Source: Verrucomicrobiia bacterium | GTDB lineage: Bacteria; Verrucomicrobiota; Verrucomicrobiia; Limisphaerales; UBA1319 | Assembly (NCBI GenBank): GCA_963664225.1 | Contig: OY760937.1 | Coordinates: forward strand, 4,192,001 to 4,256,000 | DNA length: 64,000 bases | Reading direction: 5' to 3' | Shown here: in pieces, positions 60,805 through 64,000 of the stretch | How the letters are laid out: every line of letters starts with the position of its first letter | Numbering within the stretch: position 1 is the first letter of the stretch | Program-made: the position numbers and the translations under genes | Notes under the pieces: model-generated | Seen by the model: the letters and a program-made list of their open reading frames with translations, nothing else | Databases searched by the model: none | Told to the model about the DNA's origin: nothing

Positions 60805-61819
60805 CCGATGCCTTGTTGCGGGTGACTTCTGAAAGTTGCCATATTCGCCTTTCACGCCGCCAATCTAATCAGGCCAGCCCCACATTGCCTATTGCCACTT
60901 CGCCTGACGGATACGTTCAAAAAGTCCTAAGCGGACTTGGAAGTATACATAATTTGCAGCTTTCGCGCCTTTGGAATGCTCGTCGGTTTCTCATGGTCGA
61001 GGGGGAAGATGTGGGCTTGCTGAAGCAATTCCAAGATACACTCTTCCCAGAAACAACAATTCCTCTTGATACTGTTCCATCGATAACAATTGGAGGTTGG
61101 GGAGGTTGGAATCAAGCGGTGGGTTCAGGATTCCTATTGAAGAACGCTGCCGGCGACGGAATAATAACCTACTGCTTATTCGATTCGGACTACCATCCAT
61201 CGGATGCAATTCAAGCACGCTACACTGAAGCGAAACACCGCGGTATATCTTTGTATATATGGAAGCAAAAGGAACTAGAAAACTACTTGCTTGTGCCGAG
61301 CGCAATACATCGTGCGATATGGGTCCAGCTAGCTGATGGAGCACTTGGGCCGACCGTCGAGATGATTGAAACAAAACTACAGGAAATCGCAGAAAACATG
61401 AAGCAAGATGTGATTGACTGCGTGGCAACAGATATTCAGAACGCGGAAAGGAAGATCTCGGTAGCTACTGCCAATCAAAAAGCGCGTGAAGTCACTGCCA
61501 ATCGATGGCGCACCGCAGAAGAACGTCTCGGCGTTATACCAGGAAAACGGGCTCTATCTCTTATTACGCATTGGGTTCAGGATGAATACAAAGTGACTAT
61601 AAGCGGTATGCGCATTGCTCACCAAATGCTTGCGAGCGAATTGCATTTAGAAATAAAACGTGTCCTCACAGCGATTGAAGAGTGTGAACCTTTTTAGTGG
61701 CGAGAGCGCACCTGCGCGGAACAGGGTCCCACGGATTGCTTTGGATTGGATCTAGAATTCACAGACGGGCGGCGACAGCAACTCCAATCTTTTCGCTGGC
61801 CGATGGATAGTCAGTTTGT

Positions 61820-62240
61820 GACGCCCCTACAGGGCTTTTGGTGTTGTTGGCGACGGTTTACCTGGGCCTCCGCTCGCGGACTCGCTCCAGCCCAGGCTGC
61901 TTTGGGGTCGCGCCGTTGGCGCTGACATAGGGATTATATTGGTGCGGTCGGTGGGGTCGATTGCCATAAACATGTCGCCCCGCTGGGGCTTTGACTTGGA
62001 TGGGGGCTTGGGTGCTATAAACATGTCGCGCCTCCGGCGCTTCGGATGGGTGATTTAGAGATGAACGCACGCAATAAAGTTCCTGAGGAGCGCAATGTTT
62101 ATAGAAATAGCCAATCACTCAATCCAAGCTCCAGCGGAGCGGCATACTCCCCGATTCTGCGCTCTGGGGTGTTGGCGCATTCCCATCCCAATTAAAACAT
62201 CACTTCCCAATCCTGCGCATCCTGTCCATCCATGTAAGAA
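61820..62240. repeat. Cluster of REP-like short imperfect palindromic repeats
   Basis: TAAACATGTCGCCCCGCTGGGGCT (~61967), TAAACATGTCGCGCCTCCGGCGCT (~62018), inverted GAGGAGCGCAATGTTTATAG (~62085), GCTCCAGCGGAGCGGCATA (~62128). Confidence 0.6.
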
Positions 62241-62270
62241 CTCTTTTATTCCCGCCTGTCACCTCACGCC

Positions 62271-64000
62271 TCACCCCTTCGCGTCCACCGGGGTGGGGGC
62301 GCTGGCGCGGACGAGGGTGCCGCCGGAGGCTCCGGGCTGGATGGAGAATTTGCCGCCGATGGCATCCATCCTCTTGCGCATGCCACTGAGGCCATTGCGG
62401 GTGAGGGCCGCCTTTTCGTCCATGCCGCCCAGGCCGCAGCCGTCGTCCTCGATCTCCATGATGAACATGCCGGACTCCAGGCGCAGGCGCAGGGACACCT
62501 TCGTGGCTTTGGAGTGACGCACCACGTTGGTGATCGATTCCTTGAACGTGAGGAAATAATTATGTCGGTATTCGGGCGGAATGGTTATGGCGGGCAATTG
62601 ATCGGGAACGTCGAGCCGGCAATGAATGCCCGCCACGGAGAGGTAATCCTGGGCGTGTTTGCAGATGTAATTCACCAGGCCCTCCAGTGTGTCGTTCGAG
62701 GGGTTCACGGCCCAGACGATCTCGTCCAGGACGCGCGTGGTTTCGCGGGCGGTTTGTGAAATCTGCCGGGCATGCGCCTCCACTTCGAGCGGATGGTCCT
62801 TGTCGCACTCGGCCAGATCGCCCAGCAGGGCCACTTGAGTGAGATTGGCGCCGAGCTGGTCGTGAAGGTCCTGGGCAATGCGCGAGCGCTCTTTTTCCAG
62901 GGCCTCATGTTGCTTCAGTCGCTCGAGCTGGCGCTGCAATTTTTGGGTGGAGACGTAATGTACGATGCCAATGATGCTGCCGAGCAGGACGACGGTGGCG
63001 CCGCCCAGGAACCACCAGGTGCGCCAGAAGGGCGGGGTGACCTGCAGCATCAGGGAGCTTCCGGTGTCGTTCCAGACGCCGTCCTCGTTGCAGGCGGTGA
63101 CTTGAAAACGGAACTGGCCGGGCGGCAGTTTGCTGTAACGCGCCACATGGCTGTCTCCCGCCTCGGTCCATTCGGTTTCGTGGTTTTCCAGGCGGTATTT
63201 GAAGCGGCTTCTTTCGGGCGCGGTGAGGTTCAGACTGGTGAAATGGATTTCAATGCGTTCCTTCCCGGGGGGAACAATCACGGTTTCGGTTGATCCAGCA
63301 GTCAACCCAGCGTTCAACCCAGCGTTCAACCGGTTGGTGTTTTGGAGTTGGCCGTCGATCAGGACCGATTCGATGACGACGGGCGGGGGATAGGGGTTGG
63401 AGATGAGCTGGGCGGGATTGACCGAGACCAGGCCCTTGGTCGTTGGGAGCCAGACCCTTCCGTCGCGTCCGAGCCAGCCGCCCGGTTGGGAGCCGGTGGT
63501 GCATTCGCGCGTGGGCAGGCCATCCGGCTTCCCATATGTGCGGCAAAAGACAACACCCGAGCCGCCCCGGGCCAGGGCGTCCAGTTCGCGCCGGGCCACC
63601 CTCATGATGCCCGCATTCGAGCCCAGCCACAGAAAGCCGTGGCGATCCTCCACAATGTAGCCTATGCTGTTGCTGGCCAGGCCTTCACGCGTGGTGTAGC
63701 GGGTCCATTTGCCCTTCTCCAGACGGCCCAAACCGCCGCTGGGTCCGCCCACCCAGACGATCCCCTGGGCATCGACGAGCAGGGTGGTGACGTCCTCACT
63801 GGGCAGACCGTCCTTCTTGTGAAACACCGTGAAGTGGTTATCACGCAGGCAGTTCAATCCGCCGCCCACGGTGCCCACCCAGAGATTGCCCTCGGCGTCA
63901 TCGCCAATGGCGCGCACCTCATTCGCCGACAAACCCTCGTTCGTGGTCAGGACTTTCCAAGTCGTTCCATCCCAGCACGCCAGACCGCCCTGCGTGCCAA
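62271..64000 (-). CDS. Sensor histidine kinase (beta-propeller + Y_Y_Y + HisKA_3), 5' truncated
   Basis: DxxGxLWVGT propeller repeats; YRLE...YSKLPPGQFRF; ERSRIAQDLHDQLG; ESITNVVRHS; DDGCG. Confidence 0.92.
   Translation of the reverse strand, partial: GTQGGLACWDGTTWKVLTTNEGLSANEVRAIGDDAEGNLWVGTVGGGLNCLRDNHFTVFHKKDGLPSEDVTTLLVDAQGIVWVGGPSGGLGRLEKGKWTRYTTREGLASNSIGYIVEDRHGFLWLGSNAGIMRVARRELDALARGGSGVVFCRTYGKPDGLPTRECTTGSQPGGWLGRDGRVWLPTTKGLVSVNPAQLISNPYPPPVVIESVLIDGQLQNTNRLNAGLNAGLTAGSTETVIVPPGKERIEIHFTSLNLTAPERSRFKYRLENHETEWTEAGDSHVARYSKLPPGQFRFQVTACNEDGVWNDTGSSLMLQVTPPFWRTWWFLGGATVVLLGSIIGIVHYVSTQKLQRQLERLKQHEALEKERSRIAQDLHDQLGANLTQVALLGDLAECDKDHPLEVEAHARQISQTARETTRVLDEIVWAVNPSNDTLEGLVNYICKHAQDYLSVAGIHCRLDVPDQLPAITIPPEYRHNYFLTFKESITNVVRHSKATKVSLRLRLESGMFIMEIEDDGCGLGGMDEKAALTRNGLSGMRKRMDAIGGKFSIQPGASGGTLVRASAPTPVDAKG

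Larger units (their letters stand above)
58358..60914 (+). mobile_element. IS66 family insertion sequence (2557 bp)
   Basis: 32 bp terminal IRs GTATCCGTCAGGCGAAGTGGC(T/A)ATAGGCAATG with 1 mismatch; 8 bp target duplication GTTCAAAA at 58350-58357 and 60915-60922. Confidence 0.95.
57408..61697 (+). pseudogene. OLD-like ABC-ATPase/TOPRIM nuclease interrupted by IS66 (57408-58357 joined to 60923-61697)
   Basis: Walker A GRNNAGKST, MGHGLQ, ILDEPDVYMH, ATHS; TOPRIM FLMVEGED, LFDSD, KELENY; halves rejoin in frame (PAVQK/VLSGLG). Confidence 0.85.

Noticed and set aside
19594..60855. Long antisense ORFs (19594-21294, 35102-37285, 55807-57321, 59326-60855)
   Set aside because: Shadow frames opposite well-supported genes in GC-rich DNA
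63302..63331. 12 bp tandem duplication (NAGL-NAGL) in the kinase
   Set aside because: In-frame loop duplication with no sign of phase variation

Overview
A 64 kb GC-rich bacterial window whose gene content suggests Verrucomicrobiota (Pedosphaera/subdivision-3-like; this is an inference). It holds the end of a glycosyltransferase cluster, a DUF3494 ice-binding protein, a CotH-DUF4956-VTC trio, a complete toxin-antitoxin-SecB chaperone (TAC) module, an RPH/PPDK-like kinase, tRNA-Pro, pheA/scpB/scpA, three paralogous BspA-type LRR proteins, a TolC-MFP-RND operon, NikMN-NikQ behind a NikR-like box, a Deg protease/pseudoprotease-ECF sigma cluster, two sensor kinases, a NarL-family regulator, and an OLD-like ATPase-TOPRIM gene split by an IS66 with intact ends. 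The most striking unannotated signal is a ~230 bp element in three copies (17644-17870 +, 54368-54598 -, 55392-55623 -). Each copy has an invariant 18 bp palindrome, a -10 box exactly 22 nt downstream, a ~175 nt non-coding region with four hairpins (one compensatory pair, a possible pseudoknot) and an intrinsic terminator. Two copies bracket the NarL-family regulator, which suggests a multicopy, regulator-activated small RNA system.
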